64,000 nt of DNA from Bdellovibrionaceae bacterium UBA3535 (GTDB taxonomy: Bacteria; Bdellovibrionota; Bdellovibrionia; Bdellovibrionales; UBA840). Each line of letters opens with the position of its first letter. Positions within the stretch are counted from its first letter, which is position 1. The notes under the pieces are model-generated. The model saw nothing but the letters and a program-made list of their open reading frames with translations. It was not told the DNA's origin and ran no database searches. The stretch is taken from the NCBI GenBank assembly GCA_002376845.1, contig DFOS01000008.1, forward strand, positions 3,583-67,582, written 5' to 3'. Both the position numbers and the translations under genes were made by a program. This document shows, piece by piece, positions 1 through 10,048 of this stretch.

Positions 1-4
1 CAAA

Positions 5-1087
5 TTGGACTGTCAATATGCAGGGAAATGCAGTGGTTGCCCTTGGTATGAATTGCCTTATTCCGAGCAGCAGCAGCGTAAAATCAAAGCACTAGAGCCT
101 TATACGGTAGATGCTTTTCACCCAGTGGCTCCCTATGGCCTTAGGGAGAGAATGGACATTTCCTTATTTGAAGGGAAGCTTGGGCTTTATGATTTTGCCA
201 AAAAAGACCTGGTCGACATTCAAGAGTGTCAACAGGTGGTTCCTGAGCTCAATCACTGGATTCATGATTTTCGTAAGCAACTACCACCAGTTCGCTTGGG
301 CTCTTTTCGCTTGCGCATTGGCATCAATGGTCAGCGCGGAATATGGATGGATATTCCTAATGTAGATATTAAAAAGTTGTTAGAAGAAAAGACCTATCTT
401 ATGTCCATGATGAACGAAGGTGTGCATATTGAATTAGGACAAAAACGCAAAGCGCTTTTATTAAAAGGGGAAGAATTAAAGCTGCAAGATGATATTTTTT
501 ACCCTTGGTTTTCTACTTATCAAGGCGAGGATTTTCAACCACTACCATTATTTTCAAAGGTTGGTGATTTTTCACAAAGCGGCCAACAAGCAAATAAAAT
601 AATGATGCAAGTATTATCAAAAATGCTATTCGATCTTCCGGTTCAAAACATAAGCGAGTTGTGCTCTGGTATAGGTAATTTTTCTTTTTTCATGGCCTCT
701 TTAGGCTATGAAGTGGATGCACATGAATGGAACTTAGCAAGTTTAAAGGCTTGTGAGAAAACCTTAGAAACATTCAGTGAAAAGGCGAAAATCAAATTTC
801 ATCGAACCAATATTCATGCGAATAATTTAGAGTTTACCAAGAAGTGGCAGCATACAGATTTGGTGCTTGCAGATCCGCCAAGATCCGGTTTGGGTAAGTT
901 CGTAGACCTATTTGCTAACTATGAGGCTCCAAAGTATTTTATTTATGCTTCTTGCTTTGCCGAAACTTTTAAAAAAGACCTGGAAGCACTAAAGCGCTTT
1001 GGCTACAAGCTAAAGCGCTTAGACTTGGTGGATCAGTTTCCGCAATCTAAACATGTCGAAGCCATTGGGCTTCTACTGCAAGATTAG
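5..1087 (+). CDS. RumA/TrmA-family RNA (uracil-C5)-methyltransferase (5' end may lie beyond the window edge)
   Basis: N-terminal Cys cluster CQYAGKCSGCPW resembles the Fe-S site of RumA-type enzymes. C-terminal SAM-MTase core has LVLADPPRSGLG and YASC motifs. The frame is open to the window edge and the track start is a TTG. Confidence 0.75.
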   Translation: MDCQYAGKCSGCPWYELPYSEQQQRKIKALEPYTVDAFHPVAPYGLRERMDISLFEGKLGLYDFAKKDLVDIQECQQVVPELNHWIHDFRKQLPPVRLGSFRLRIGINGQRGIWMDIPNVDIKKLLEEKTYLMSMMNEGVHIELGQKRKALLLKGEELKLQDDIFYPWFSTYQGEDFQPLPLFSKVGDFSQSGQQANKIMMQVLSKMLFDLPVQNISELCSGIGNFSFFMASLGYEVDAHEWNLASLKACEKTLETFSEKAKIKFHRTNIHANNLEFTKKWQHTDLVLADPPRSGLGKFVDLFANYEAPKYFIYASCFAETFKKDLEALKRFGYKLKRLDLVDQFPQSKHVEAIGLLLQD

Positions 1088-1530
1088 ATGGATGCAGGGA
1101 CAATCTTACCATTTACTTCAATCGCATCTGGTTTTGTCTTTGCTCCCAAGGCAATGTCTGTAGCAAATAGATCCAATGTTAATGCTCTAGTTGATGGGTT
1201 CATCTTTGCTACTGCTGCAAACAAAGAAGTTGTGCGAGGTAGTTTGTTTTGTGCAAACTTTAGAAGTTTCTTTAGATCTGAAAGTCTACTTTTATCCAAA
1301 GCAGTTTTTACTTTTGGGTTTGCTGTTTTTAGTTTTGGAAGTTGAGGGTCTTTTGATTTTCCAAGGGTTCTGGTATCAGCATGGCTTCCACGATTTGGTG
1401 ATTCTAGCTTTGTTTCTAACAAAGCAGGGGGGCGTTTCGGGCTGCTAAGGTGGTCGGGATTAAAGACTCCCTGGGCCATAGCGGGCGAGGATAAGCTTCC
1501 TATCAACAAGATCAAAGTTAAAATTCTCAT
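1084..1530 (-). CDS. hypothetical secreted protein
   Basis: 148-aa ORF with signal peptide MRILTLILLIGSLSSPAMA/QG. No recognisable domain. Confidence 0.5.
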   Translation of the reverse strand: MRILTLILLIGSLSSPAMAQGVFNPDHLSSPKRPPALLETKLESPNRGSHADTRTLGKSKDPQLPKLKTANPKVKTALDKSRLSDLKKLLKFAQNKLPRTTSLFAAVAKMNPSTRALTLDLFATDIALGAKTKPDAIEVNGKIVPASI

Positions 1531-1822
1531 ATTTTCTCCTTTTATTTCTATGTCGATTTAGAATACGAAATGTGTGCCATAAAAAAACAAGTGATTACAG
1601 GTATTTAGAGGTTGCCTCAGGGGTCTTAAAAGAGAATTGTCATTCACCTGACTAAGTCTTGGTCAGCGCTATAAGATGCAATTTGGATATGCCATAAGCA
1701 AAGCTTTGGTAAGACCCGAAAATTACGCTTATCTGCCCCTTATAATAGAAATATTTCTTATATAGCTGCATCACTTCTCTTAAGCCCTCTAAATGTATTA
1801 TTCATCAAGCAGAGAGAGGGGA

Positions 1823-2266
1823 ATGCTTATGAAAATCATCTGTATTATTTTAATGACGATAGGTGTGAAGGCTTATGCGGAAGCCGTTACTTCAAGTAAT
1901 CCTAGCGAGATGCCTGCACTAGAGAGCGAATTCGATGTGGAGAAGGTCTATGCTAACGCCAAACTTCTTACCTCGAGTGCCAATCCTATGGTGGTGGTTT
2001 TGGGGAAATCCGAGAACGCCTTTATTTTAAATGTTCAAGCAAAAGAGACTGTCGTGCCATTTGAGTTGCTACATCCCGAAACGATGGAGTTTTTAGATAT
2101 GCTTTATCAAGCAGAGGGCTATGCCGACTTGCAAATGGCAATAAACTACTACTTGGATTTGAACGATAGCAATATTGTCATTCGTCCAGAAGAGCGCAAT
2201 TTAATGAAGCTATTTGCCTCCATAGTGAATGGCGAGCTTCGCTATCATCGTGTTTATAGTCTTTAA
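1823..2266 (+). CDS. hypothetical secreted protein
   Basis: Purine-rich SD (gagagggg) lies before ATGs at 1823 and 1829. Signal peptide MKIICIILMTIGVKAYA/EA. No recognisable domain. Confidence 0.5.
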   Translation: MLMKIICIILMTIGVKAYAEAVTSSNPSEMPALESEFDVEKVYANAKLLTSSANPMVVVLGKSENAFILNVQAKETVVPFELLHPETMEFLDMLYQAEGYADLQMAINYYLDLNDSNIVIRPEERNLMKLFASIVNGELRYHRVYSL

Positions 2267-2988
2267 TTTTCTTTGAATCGTCCAGGCTCGATGCTATCTA
2301 CCCATTTTTTGTAATTTTGATTGATGGTATCGATGTCTGCGGGCGGATGCACTTCACCAATATGAATGGTGAGTTTGCCGGGCTTTGCAAAGCCTGCACC
2401 TTTAGGCCATAGGTTTTGGGCGTTTTCTAAATATAAAAATAAGATCGGGGTATTGGTTTTTTGCGAAAAAACACTGACTCCTCTTTTAAATTTATGAATG
2501 TAGCCATCTGTAGTTCGAGTGCCTTCTGGAAAAAGTATTAACCAAATTTGCTGAAGCTCAGTTAATAATCGTATGCACAACTTGATAGCGGAGCCGTTCT
2601 TGCCTTTGCGATCAATGGGAATGGCACGAATGCAATGCTTAGAAAAGTATTCTTTCATGGGATTAGAAAAAAAATAGTCCTTTGCTGCAGCAGCATATTG
2701 ACGGTGCCAGTAACGAAGGGGAATGGCTGCCGCAATGCTGATGGCATCTAAGTGTGAAGAGTGATTGGAGATGATTAATAGGCGAGGATGCTTTTCATAG
2801 ATGGCTCGAAAGCTTCCCATCACTTTCAATCGGATATAAAAACGAAAAAATATCTTTTTAAGAAAAAAGGCCCATAACCATTGTACCACTTTTGTTGTGG
2901 TAGTTTGGCTAGGCTCAATCAAGGGTATATGCCTTAAATGACCAGGTAGATGTGACCATTGTTCGTTATCAAATTTCCATTCTTTCAT
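2263..2988 (-). CDS. plsC: 1-acyl-sn-glycerol-3-phosphate acyltransferase family protein
   Basis: HX4D acyltransferase motif (NHSSHLDA) and FPEGTRT motif. Start overlaps the cdsA stop by 1 nt. Confidence 0.8.
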   Translation of the reverse strand: MKEWKFDNEQWSHLPGHLRHIPLIEPSQTTTTKVVQWLWAFFLKKIFFRFYIRLKVMGSFRAIYEKHPRLLIISNHSSHLDAISIAAAIPLRYWHRQYAAAAKDYFFSNPMKEYFSKHCIRAIPIDRKGKNGSAIKLCIRLLTELQQIWLILFPEGTRTTDGYIHKFKRGVSVFSQKTNTPILFLYLENAQNLWPKGAGFAKPGKLTIHIGEVHPPADIDTINQNYKKWVDSIEPGRFKEN

Positions 2989-3917
2989 TACTTCAATAGA
3001 TAATAATCTCTTAGGAGCATGATTGTATAGTAATAGATAGGAGCGACAAAAATCAGTCGATCTATGCGGTCTATAATTCCACCTCTACCAAACACATAGG
3101 CTCCCACATCCTTGACCCCTAAATCGCGCCGTATCACACCCATGGATATATCACCTAAGCCGCCAATCAAACAGGCAATAATTCCAGAGGCTATCCAGTA
3201 GTAATGGTGATCCACTGGAAGAATGTTGCGTATTCCTCTAGCTAAAAGCATGGTACAGACAAAACCGATGATTAATCCTTCCAAACTTCTGCGTGGTGCG
3301 ATTTTTTCAATAAAGTTGATTTTGCCGTAAAGCTTCGACCAAGAAAGTATGATGGTATCATAAAATTCGGTAAGTAGAATGATATAGATAATATAGCGAG
3401 CGCCATGCTCCCATTTCGCAATAAAACCCATATGCAAAAAGGCCCAGCCAATAAATAAAAAGGCAACCAAGCACAGTGAGGTTTTTTGTATCATTTGTTT
3501 GAATTCATTTTTAAGCAGAGGAATCTGAAATAGTAGGCCAAATAATATCATGGGGAGTAGGTTGTATATCCAATAAAGTCCGTAGTGAATGCTTGAAATG
3601 CTTAGTACGGTGGCTATATAGGTGGGCCAAATAAATAATTTGTCGTTATAAACGCCAGTCATTTGAAAGAATTCGCGCATCGCAAGTAAGGCAATTATTC
3701 CAATGAATACAAGGGGAATGGGAGCGGCGAGTCCTAGAATCAAACAAACAATGGGGGCCGCAAATAGCCAAGAAAGATAAATCAGCCAAGCGGTTCGAAA
3801 ATTTAAGTTTTTACGGCGCAGAGGAAAAAGAGCTAGGCCGAAAATCAAAAGGTAAAAGAAAATACCAATGATTGCTTTTTGGTATACTGGATCTAGCCAT
3901 GCCCCCCATAGTTTCAT
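2988..3917 (-). CDS. cdsA: phosphatidate cytidylyltransferase (CDP-diglyceride synthase)
   Basis: Polytopic membrane protein with the C-terminal CTP-transferase signature region GDISMGVIRRDLGVKDVG...GGIIDRIDRLIF. Confidence 0.8.
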   Translation of the reverse strand: MKLWGAWLDPVYQKAIIGIFFYLLIFGLALFPLRRKNLNFRTAWLIYLSWLFAAPIVCLILGLAAPIPLVFIGIIALLAMREFFQMTGVYNDKLFIWPTYIATVLSISSIHYGLYWIYNLLPMILFGLLFQIPLLKNEFKQMIQKTSLCLVAFLFIGWAFLHMGFIAKWEHGARYIIYIILLTEFYDTIILSWSKLYGKINFIEKIAPRRSLEGLIIGFVCTMLLARGIRNILPVDHHYYWIASGIIACLIGGLGDISMGVIRRDLGVKDVGAYVFGRGGIIDRIDRLIFVAPIYYYTIMLLRDYYLLK

Positions 3918-5264
3918 TTATCGCCTAACCTCGATGTTATAATCACTAATCTTCTTATACAGTGAAGAGCGTGAAATTTGCAAGGTTTTGGCAACATCAT
4001 CTATATCGGGCCTATCAGCTAGGGCCATTTCAATGATTTGTTTTTCATGTGAGGATAAGAGTTTATGCAAACCGGATTTCACATCTAGACGAATTGGTTC
4101 TGGATGCTGCTCATTTAGATTAAGGATCTTTGCTACATCCTCAGCCCGTAAAATAGGAAGAGGGGAAGAAAAGCAAAGGTGCTCGAAGACACGTTTGAGT
4201 TCTCGAATATTTCCAGGCCAATCGTAGGCCTTTAATTTTTCTAATGCTTCTGCTGATAGGCGCTTATTGCGGCGTGGTCTTTCTTTTTCTAAAAAATATT
4301 GACTCAATTCTTCGATGTCATCTTTGCGCTGTCTTAAAGGTGGAATGAAAATCTTTTTGCCGTTTAGTCGCCACATTAAATCTTCACGGAACTTTTCTTC
4401 TTGCACCATTTTTTCTAAATTACGATTGGTGGCAGCAATTACGCGCACATTGACTTTCAAAGTATCTTTGGCTCCGACTCGGCGAATTTCACCATCCTCT
4501 AAAAAGCGTAAGAGTTTTGCTTGCAGATTGGTGGGTAAGGCCTCAATTTCATCTAAAAATAAATCGCCGCCATTGGCAGCTTCCGCCAAGCCCATTTTAT
4601 TTTGATCTGCCCCGGTAAAGGAGCCCTTTACATGGCCAAAGACCTCGGACTCAAACAAAGACTCTGGAATGGAGGCAACATTCACTGTAATAAAAGGCGT
4701 GCTGGGACGACCTTGGTGTAAGAGTTTGGCTACTACCTCTTTCCCCGTACCCGACTCTCCTTCAATTAGTATCGGGCCATTTTCTGCGGCAAGCTCTCCA
4801 ATATTACGTTTGATCATTTGTGATATTTTACTTGAGCCAATCCAAGGATCTGTTTTTGTACAGTTCGCTCTTAAAGTGGCATCATTTAACATAAACAGCA
4901 CTTCGATTTTTTCCAGAATCAAGCGAATTTCTTCGGTGGAAAGTGGCTTGGCCAAAAAGCGTGAGGCACCGGCAACCAAGCAGCTTTCCATTAAATCTCG
5001 ATCCAAATCTCCGGAGATGGCAACAATTTCTAAATTGCTTTGTGCCTGGCTAAGATACTTTACGACTTTAAGGCCCTCGGGCTTGGTAATATCCCCGGTG
5101 AGATGCATGTCTACAAAGGCTGCATGGAAAAATTCGCCCTTGGGAATATCTTGCTTGCGTTGTACGCCTAGCATGTCCCATCCTTCGGGTAACGACATGT
5201 GAATCGACTCCAAAATTAGATCATCATCATCTACTACCAATAGTTTGTATTTTCTGTTAGCCAA
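3918..5264 (-). CDS. sigma-54-dependent response regulator (NtrC family)
   Basis: Receiver domain (LLVVDDDD...FVDMHL). AAA+ core with Walker A GESGTGKE, ESEVFGH, GSFTGA and a DEIEAL Walker B region. C-terminal Fis-type HTH (VAKTLQISRSSLYKKI). Confidence 0.9.
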   Translation of the reverse strand: MANRKYKLLVVDDDDLILESIHMSLPEGWDMLGVQRKQDIPKGEFFHAAFVDMHLTGDITKPEGLKVVKYLSQAQSNLEIVAISGDLDRDLMESCLVAGASRFLAKPLSTEEIRLILEKIEVLFMLNDATLRANCTKTDPWIGSSKISQMIKRNIGELAAENGPILIEGESGTGKEVVAKLLHQGRPSTPFITVNVASIPESLFESEVFGHVKGSFTGADQNKMGLAEAANGGDLFLDEIEALPTNLQAKLLRFLEDGEIRRVGAKDTLKVNVRVIAATNRNLEKMVQEEKFREDLMWRLNGKKIFIPPLRQRKDDIEELSQYFLEKERPRRNKRLSAEALEKLKAYDWPGNIRELKRVFEHLCFSSPLPILRAEDVAKILNLNEQHPEPIRLDVKSGLHKLLSSHEKQIIEMALADRPDIDDVAKTLQISRSSLYKKISDYNIEVRR

Positions 5265-5342
5265 GGGATTTCTCCTGTACTTTGATCGTTGGAAAGTTTA
5301 ATTTAATGCTCTGATTATAAAGCAAGCAGCAAGGGAATCTGA

Positions 5343-6536
5343 ATGAAAATCTTGTTATTAGAAAATATTCATAAGGTGGCAAAAGATTTACTCGAACAAG
5401 AGGGGTATGATGTGGATTTGCAGCCGGGTGCACTCAATGAGGGGGACCTAATAGAGGCGGCAAAATCCTATGACTGCATCGGTTTGCGCTCGAAGACCCA
5501 AGTTACTGAGAAAGTGCTGCACGCCAACCCGCATTTATTTGCCGTAGGGGCTTTCTGTATAGGTACCAACCAAATAGATACTAGTAGTGCGGCGAGGCTT
5601 GGAATTCCTGTTTTTAACGCCCCCTATGCCAATACTCGTTCGGTCGCAGAGCTGGTAATCTGTGAAATTATTGGACTGGCTAGGAAAGTCTTTCACTTAA
5701 ATCGACAGGCTCACAAGGGACAATGGCAAAAATCTGCCAAATCCTCCTATGAAGTACGTGGCAAAACCTTGGGAATTGTGGGCTATGGTCATATCGGCTC
5801 CCAAGTAAGTGTCTTGGCTGAAGCAATGGGAATGAATGTGATTTACTATGATATCATCAAAAAACTGCCCCTAGGCAATTCTACACCGGTGGAATCATTG
5901 GAGTGCTTACTTGCGGAATCTGATTTTGTAAGCCTGCATGTGCCTGCGACCGAGCTTACAACAAATATGATTCAAACCAAAGAGCTCAATCTCATGAGAA
6001 AAGGAGCCTATTTGATCAATGCCTCTCGTGGGTCTGTGGTGGATATTGACGCTTTAAATACGGCCATCAGTGAAAAGCATTTAGCCGGCGCTGCCATTGA
6101 TGTTTTTCCTGTGGAGCCAAAAAACAATGAAGAGATATTTCAAAGTCCTCTTCAGGAACAAGAAAATGTGATTTTGACTCCACATATTGGTGGTAGCACA
6201 GAAGAAGCACAAGAGAATATCGGGCGTGAAGTGGCGGATGCTTTTATACGATTTTTAAAAATGGGTTCTACCCAGGCCAGTGTGAATTTTCCGCAAGCGG
6301 ACTTGCCCCTGAAATCTGGTGTTACTCGTATGCTGAACGTTCATAAAAATGTTCCCGGTGTCTTGAGTGAGATCAATAAAATCGTGGCTAGTACAGGGGT
6401 GAACATTAGTTCGCAATACCTGGCTACCAATACAGAAATTGGTTATTTGATTATGGACATCGAAAATGAAGGGGCCAAAGGTTTTAGTGACGAAATTGCC
6501 AAGTTGCCAAATTCGATAAAAACTCGCCTTTTATAA
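5343..6536 (+). CDS. serA: D-3-phosphoglycerate dehydrogenase with C-terminal ACT domain
   Basis: 2-hydroxyacid dehydrogenase fold with NAD motif GIVGYGHIGSQV. The ~400-aa length and ACT-like C-terminus are typical of SerA. Confidence 0.85.
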   Translation: MKILLLENIHKVAKDLLEQEGYDVDLQPGALNEGDLIEAAKSYDCIGLRSKTQVTEKVLHANPHLFAVGAFCIGTNQIDTSSAARLGIPVFNAPYANTRSVAELVICEIIGLARKVFHLNRQAHKGQWQKSAKSSYEVRGKTLGIVGYGHIGSQVSVLAEAMGMNVIYYDIIKKLPLGNSTPVESLECLLAESDFVSLHVPATELTTNMIQTKELNLMRKGAYLINASRGSVVDIDALNTAISEKHLAGAAIDVFPVEPKNNEEIFQSPLQEQENVILTPHIGGSTEEAQENIGREVADAFIRFLKMGSTQASVNFPQADLPLKSGVTRMLNVHKNVPGVLSEINKIVASTGVNISSQYLATNTEIGYLIMDIENEGAKGFSDEIAKLPNSIKTRLL

Positions 6537-7904
6537 GTCAAATATCTTACCTGGGTTTAAAACAAGCTTTGGATCAAAGTGGCGCTTGATTGCGCGCATG
6601 GCCTCAACCTCAGCCGCACTACGAGAAAAAGACAAGTAGGCCTTTTTACTTAATCCCACTCCATGTTCGGCGGAAATACTGCCGCCAAATTCTTGGATTT
6701 TACTAAATAAGCTTTCATCAGATTTTCGGCACTTCTGTAAGAATTGGTCCATCGACATATTTTCTGGCTTCAAAATACTAATATGCAAATTGCCATCACC
6801 GATATGGCCAAACCAAACCACTTCAAATTCTGGGTACTCTTTTTTATAAACCTCATCAATGGAGCGCATAAATTTAGGTACATCGGAAACGCGAACCGAA
6901 ACATCATTTTTATAAGGCGTAGCAAAAGCCAATGATTCCGTGATGTCTTCACGAAGACGCCAAAAGTCTTTGGCTTGTTGTTCGCTTTGGTTAATGACAC
7001 CATCGGATAACCAGCCTTCCTCCAAACACTTTTCAAATGCGGTAAGGATTTCTCCCTCAGTCTCGCTGGATTCTAGTTCCACCTCGCACAATAAATATAT
7101 GGGGCTTTCCGTGGAAAAGGGGCGATTTAGTCCCGTGGACTTAAGCACATACTTCATCGCCAATTCGGTGAACAGTTCGAATGCTGTGATTTGTAAATTG
7201 TGCTGAAAAGTTTTAAATACGTTCATGACGGCATCGAGGTCCATGGCGCCAAGGAGTAAAACCTGTTGCGGTTTGGGTGGGCTGGTGAACTTGATTTCTG
7301 CCTCGGTAATAATACCAAGTGTGCCTTCGCTGCCAATAAACAGATGTCGAAGGTCATAGCCCGTAGCGTTTTTAACTAATGATTGGTTGAGTTTCAGGAC
7401 ATCGCCTTTTCCTGTAACAACTGTTAACGAGCTAACCCAATTGCGCATAAGCCCATAACGCAATACTTTGATGCCGCCAGCATTGGTGGCAATATTTCCT
7501 CCTATATGTGAAGAGCCGCGGGCAGCAAAGTCTACCGGAAAAAAATATCCCTGATCACGGAGGTGATTTTGCAAGTCCTCCGTAATCACTCCAGCCTCCA
7601 CATGTATGGTAGAATCAATTTCGTTGATGCTTCCTATTTGGTTTAACTTTTCTAAACTTAGGACGATTTCTCCGTCCTTGGCCACGGCGCCGCCACTTAA
7701 ACCCGTCCTACCGCCAGAGACCACAATTTTTTTACTTTCTTGATTTGCCCATTTTACTAAGGCCTGCACTTCTTGTGTGTTTTTTGGAAAAACGATGGCT
7801 TCCGGGTTGGGCTCATAGTAGCGCGTCCAATCTTGCCCATAGTTGGTAAGATCCTCTTTGTTCGTGCTAATTTGCTTTGGGTCGATTACTTCTTCAAGAC
7901 GCAT
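6531..7904 (-). CDS. FAD-linked oxidase (GlcD / D-lactate / D-2-hydroxyglutarate dehydrogenase family)
   Basis: FAD_binding_4-type N-terminus (VVSGGRTGLSGGAV) and C-terminal FAD-oxidase domain (SAEHGVGLSKK). Stop codon abuts the serA stop. Confidence 0.8.
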   Translation of the reverse strand: MRLEEVIDPKQISTNKEDLTNYGQDWTRYYEPNPEAIVFPKNTQEVQALVKWANQESKKIVVSGGRTGLSGGAVAKDGEIVLSLEKLNQIGSINEIDSTIHVEAGVITEDLQNHLRDQGYFFPVDFAARGSSHIGGNIATNAGGIKVLRYGLMRNWVSSLTVVTGKGDVLKLNQSLVKNATGYDLRHLFIGSEGTLGIITEAEIKFTSPPKPQQVLLLGAMDLDAVMNVFKTFQHNLQITAFELFTELAMKYVLKSTGLNRPFSTESPIYLLCEVELESSETEGEILTAFEKCLEEGWLSDGVINQSEQQAKDFWRLREDITESLAFATPYKNDVSVRVSDVPKFMRSIDEVYKKEYPEFEVVWFGHIGDGNLHISILKPENMSMDQFLQKCRKSDESLFSKIQEFGGSISAEHGVGLSKKAYLSFSRSAAEVEAMRAIKRHFDPKLVLNPGKIFDL

Positions 7905-8004
7905 GAATTCTCCTGCTATAAAGAAATAGCAAGGATGTTAAAAAAGGCAAGCAATCTTATTGAATGGAGGGAATCTCCAATAAAAGATTCAATATAATAT
8001 TTTT

Positions 8005-8042
8005 ATAAAAAAGGCTCCTTAGTAAATAAGAAGCCTTTTTTG
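8005..8042 (-). terminator. rho-independent terminator after the Hpt/HK/RR operon (bidirectional-looking)
   Basis: Arms are 8011-8020 aaggctcctt and 8028-8037 aagaagcctt (10 bp, 1 mismatch) with a 7-nt loop. A/T runs flank both sides. It lies 6 nt downstream of the Hpt stop on the minus strand. Confidence 0.6.
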
Positions 8043-8043
8043 T

Positions 8044-8334
8044 TTAAGCTGCTTTTTGGATTAAGTCTTCGTAGACTTTATTTAAGCATTTGTGGTGATA
8101 AAGGGCGGATTTCACCCAGTCATTGGCTTTCTGCAAGTCATTTTCAGCTTGCTCAGCACATGTGCTAATATCCACAAAACCATAGGTTTTGCCAGAACCT
8201 TTAATTTGGTGGAACAAACTAATCACAGCTTCTTTATCTTTGCTGTGAATGCGTTTGGATATTTCTTCTAATTTGAATGGAAAAGCATTGATGTAGTCCT
8301 TTTTTAGACCTGCTAATACTTCTTCTATATTCAT
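8044..8334 (-). CDS. Hpt (histidine phosphotransfer) domain protein
   Basis: 96-aa four-helix-type protein with the phospho-His motif HQIKGSGKTYGF. Overlaps the kinase gene stop by 4 nt. Confidence 0.7.
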   Translation of the reverse strand: MNIEEVLAGLKKDYINAFPFKLEEISKRIHSKDKEAVISLFHQIKGSGKTYGFVDISTCAEQAENDLQKANDWVKSALYHHKCLNKVYEDLIQKAA

Positions 8335-9665
8335 GCAACTTGCTCCTTGTCGCCCGATTCTAGTTGCCTAAAATCGTTTAATGTGAAGAAAAACACACTG
8401 CCGTTACCGAGCTCGGATTTCACCCCGATCTCACCGCTATGCGCTTCTACCAATGACTTCGCAATAGATAGACCCAAACCCGTTCCTTTAACAAGCGGGC
8501 GGCCTGGACTATTGGCCTGTCGAAACTTTTGAAAAATGGATTCAATGTGTTGAGGCTCGATACCTGGACCATAGTCCCGGACTTCTATCATGATACATTC
8601 GTTATCGAGCTTTGAAGATAGTTCTACTTTTGCTCCTTCGGGAGAGAATTTAATCGCATTACTAACCAAATTCACTATCACTTGTTTTATTTTATCCTTA
8701 TCTACATAGATTTCAAGGTCTTCTATGTTAGATTTGTATTCGATATTCACATTTGCATTAAGAGATAGACCTTCTAAAGCTTCTTTTGCTCCTTGGATCA
8801 CATCGTCCACCAAATACCAGTCTTTTTCTAGCTCATAGGACTTTGCTTCAATCTTTGCTAAATCCAGCAAGTCATTAATCAGGCGGATCATACGATTGGA
8901 TTCGTCTTCTGCAATCTTTATTAGGTGTTTGATCTTATGCGGAAGCGGAGCAATGCGCTCGGCGCTAATTAGATTTAAAGAACCTTTTATAGAAGTCATG
9001 GGAGTCCTTAATTCATGACTGACAATGTTCATAAATTCAGACTTGGCTTCATCCAACTCTTTTAACTCTTCCATATTACGAATCACTTTCTCTGCCATTA
9101 GTTGAAAGGAGCGATCTAAATTACCAATCTCATTATCTGGAGTATCATTAAAATTGTAGGCATAATGACCATCGATAAAATCGTTGATCTTGCGAGATAG
9201 AGATTGAACAGGGGTTAGAATTTCTTTTTGCAAAAGGGAGAGCACATAGGTCATTGTTAGAATGTTAATTAGAAGAGAGCCTAGATAAGACCACCACATA
9301 AATTTTTCTACTTGCTGTTTCTTTTCGTTAAGGCGCACAAAAAAATCGGCCTCAAATTTTAACCAACTATCAATATTGGCTTGTAGTGTTTTCTCGTTCG
9401 CCGAAGAGTAGGCATCGATAACTTGCTTCATAATTTGTTGTCGGTTTTTGTTTTTTGATAGCTTTCGCACAGTTTGCAGCTGTTTTAGATTATTTTCGCC
9501 TCTAGGTTTGCTGCTGACAAGGCGATAGAAATCAAAATATATATCCTTTTCTAGGGAAATCTGCTTAACCGAAGAAAAGTGTTGATAAGAAAAAAATAGC
9601 AATCCGCAGATACTAAGAGTACATATGGCAAAAAAGAATTGGATCTTTTTTAATAAACTTAGCAT
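8331..9665 (-). CDS. sensor histidine kinase (TM-HAMP-HisKA-HATPase)
   Basis: H-box SHELRTPMTSIKGS; N-box VSNAIKFSPEG; G1 RDYGPGI; G2 GTGLGLSIA. Two predicted TM segments. Confidence 0.9.
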   Translation of the reverse strand: MLSLLKKIQFFFAICTLSICGLLFFSYQHFSSVKQISLEKDIYFDFYRLVSSKPRGENNLKQLQTVRKLSKNKNRQQIMKQVIDAYSSANEKTLQANIDSWLKFEADFFVRLNEKKQQVEKFMWWSYLGSLLINILTMTYVLSLLQKEILTPVQSLSRKINDFIDGHYAYNFNDTPDNEIGNLDRSFQLMAEKVIRNMEELKELDEAKSEFMNIVSHELRTPMTSIKGSLNLISAERIAPLPHKIKHLIKIAEDESNRMIRLINDLLDLAKIEAKSYELEKDWYLVDDVIQGAKEALEGLSLNANVNIEYKSNIEDLEIYVDKDKIKQVIVNLVSNAIKFSPEGAKVELSSKLDNECIMIEVRDYGPGIEPQHIESIFQKFRQANSPGRPLVKGTGLGLSIAKSLVEAHSGEIGVKSELGNGSVFFFTLNDFRQLESGDKEQVA

Positions 9666-10039
9666 GCAATCAATCCACGATCTTTCAAGATGTCAAATAT
9701 TTCATCGCATACACTGATTGGCTCAAATGGTTTGGCTATAACACCAATGGCTCCAAGCTCATAAAAGTGATTAACAGAGGTTTCATCCGTTTTTGCGGTT
9801 AAAAAAATCACGGGCGTTGTTATACCCATAGTTTCTTTGATTTCCTGACAAGCTGTGGCTCCATCTTTTTCTGGCATCATGGCGTCCATAAGAATCAAGT
9901 CGTAGGCTTGTTGTTTAAGCTCATTAATTGCTAGCTGCCCATTTTCCACCGCCGTAACTTTATGATCACCAATTTGCTCAAGCGTAATGGCTAAAATTGT
10001 GGAAATATTTTTATCATCTTCTGCAATCAGGATTCTCAT
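9659..10039 (-). CDS. single-domain response regulator (CheY-like receiver)
   Basis: MRILIAEDD...DLILMDAMMP...KPF receiver signature. 126 aa with no output domain. Confidence 0.85.
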   Translation of the reverse strand: MRILIAEDDKNISTILAITLEQIGDHKVTAVENGQLAINELKQQAYDLILMDAMMPEKDGATACQEIKETMGITTPVIFLTAKTDETSVNHFYELGAIGVIAKPFEPISVCDEIFDILKDRGLIAC

Positions 10040-10048
10040 AACAACCTC

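Noticed and set aside
4669-5202. A 177-aa plus-strand ORF inside the NtrC-like gene. Similar long antisense ORFs lie at 25004-25540, 31117-31521, 44503-44931 and 63154-63705.
   Set aside because: All lie wholly within, and antisense to, confidently identified enzymes or regulators. They are typical shadow ORFs.
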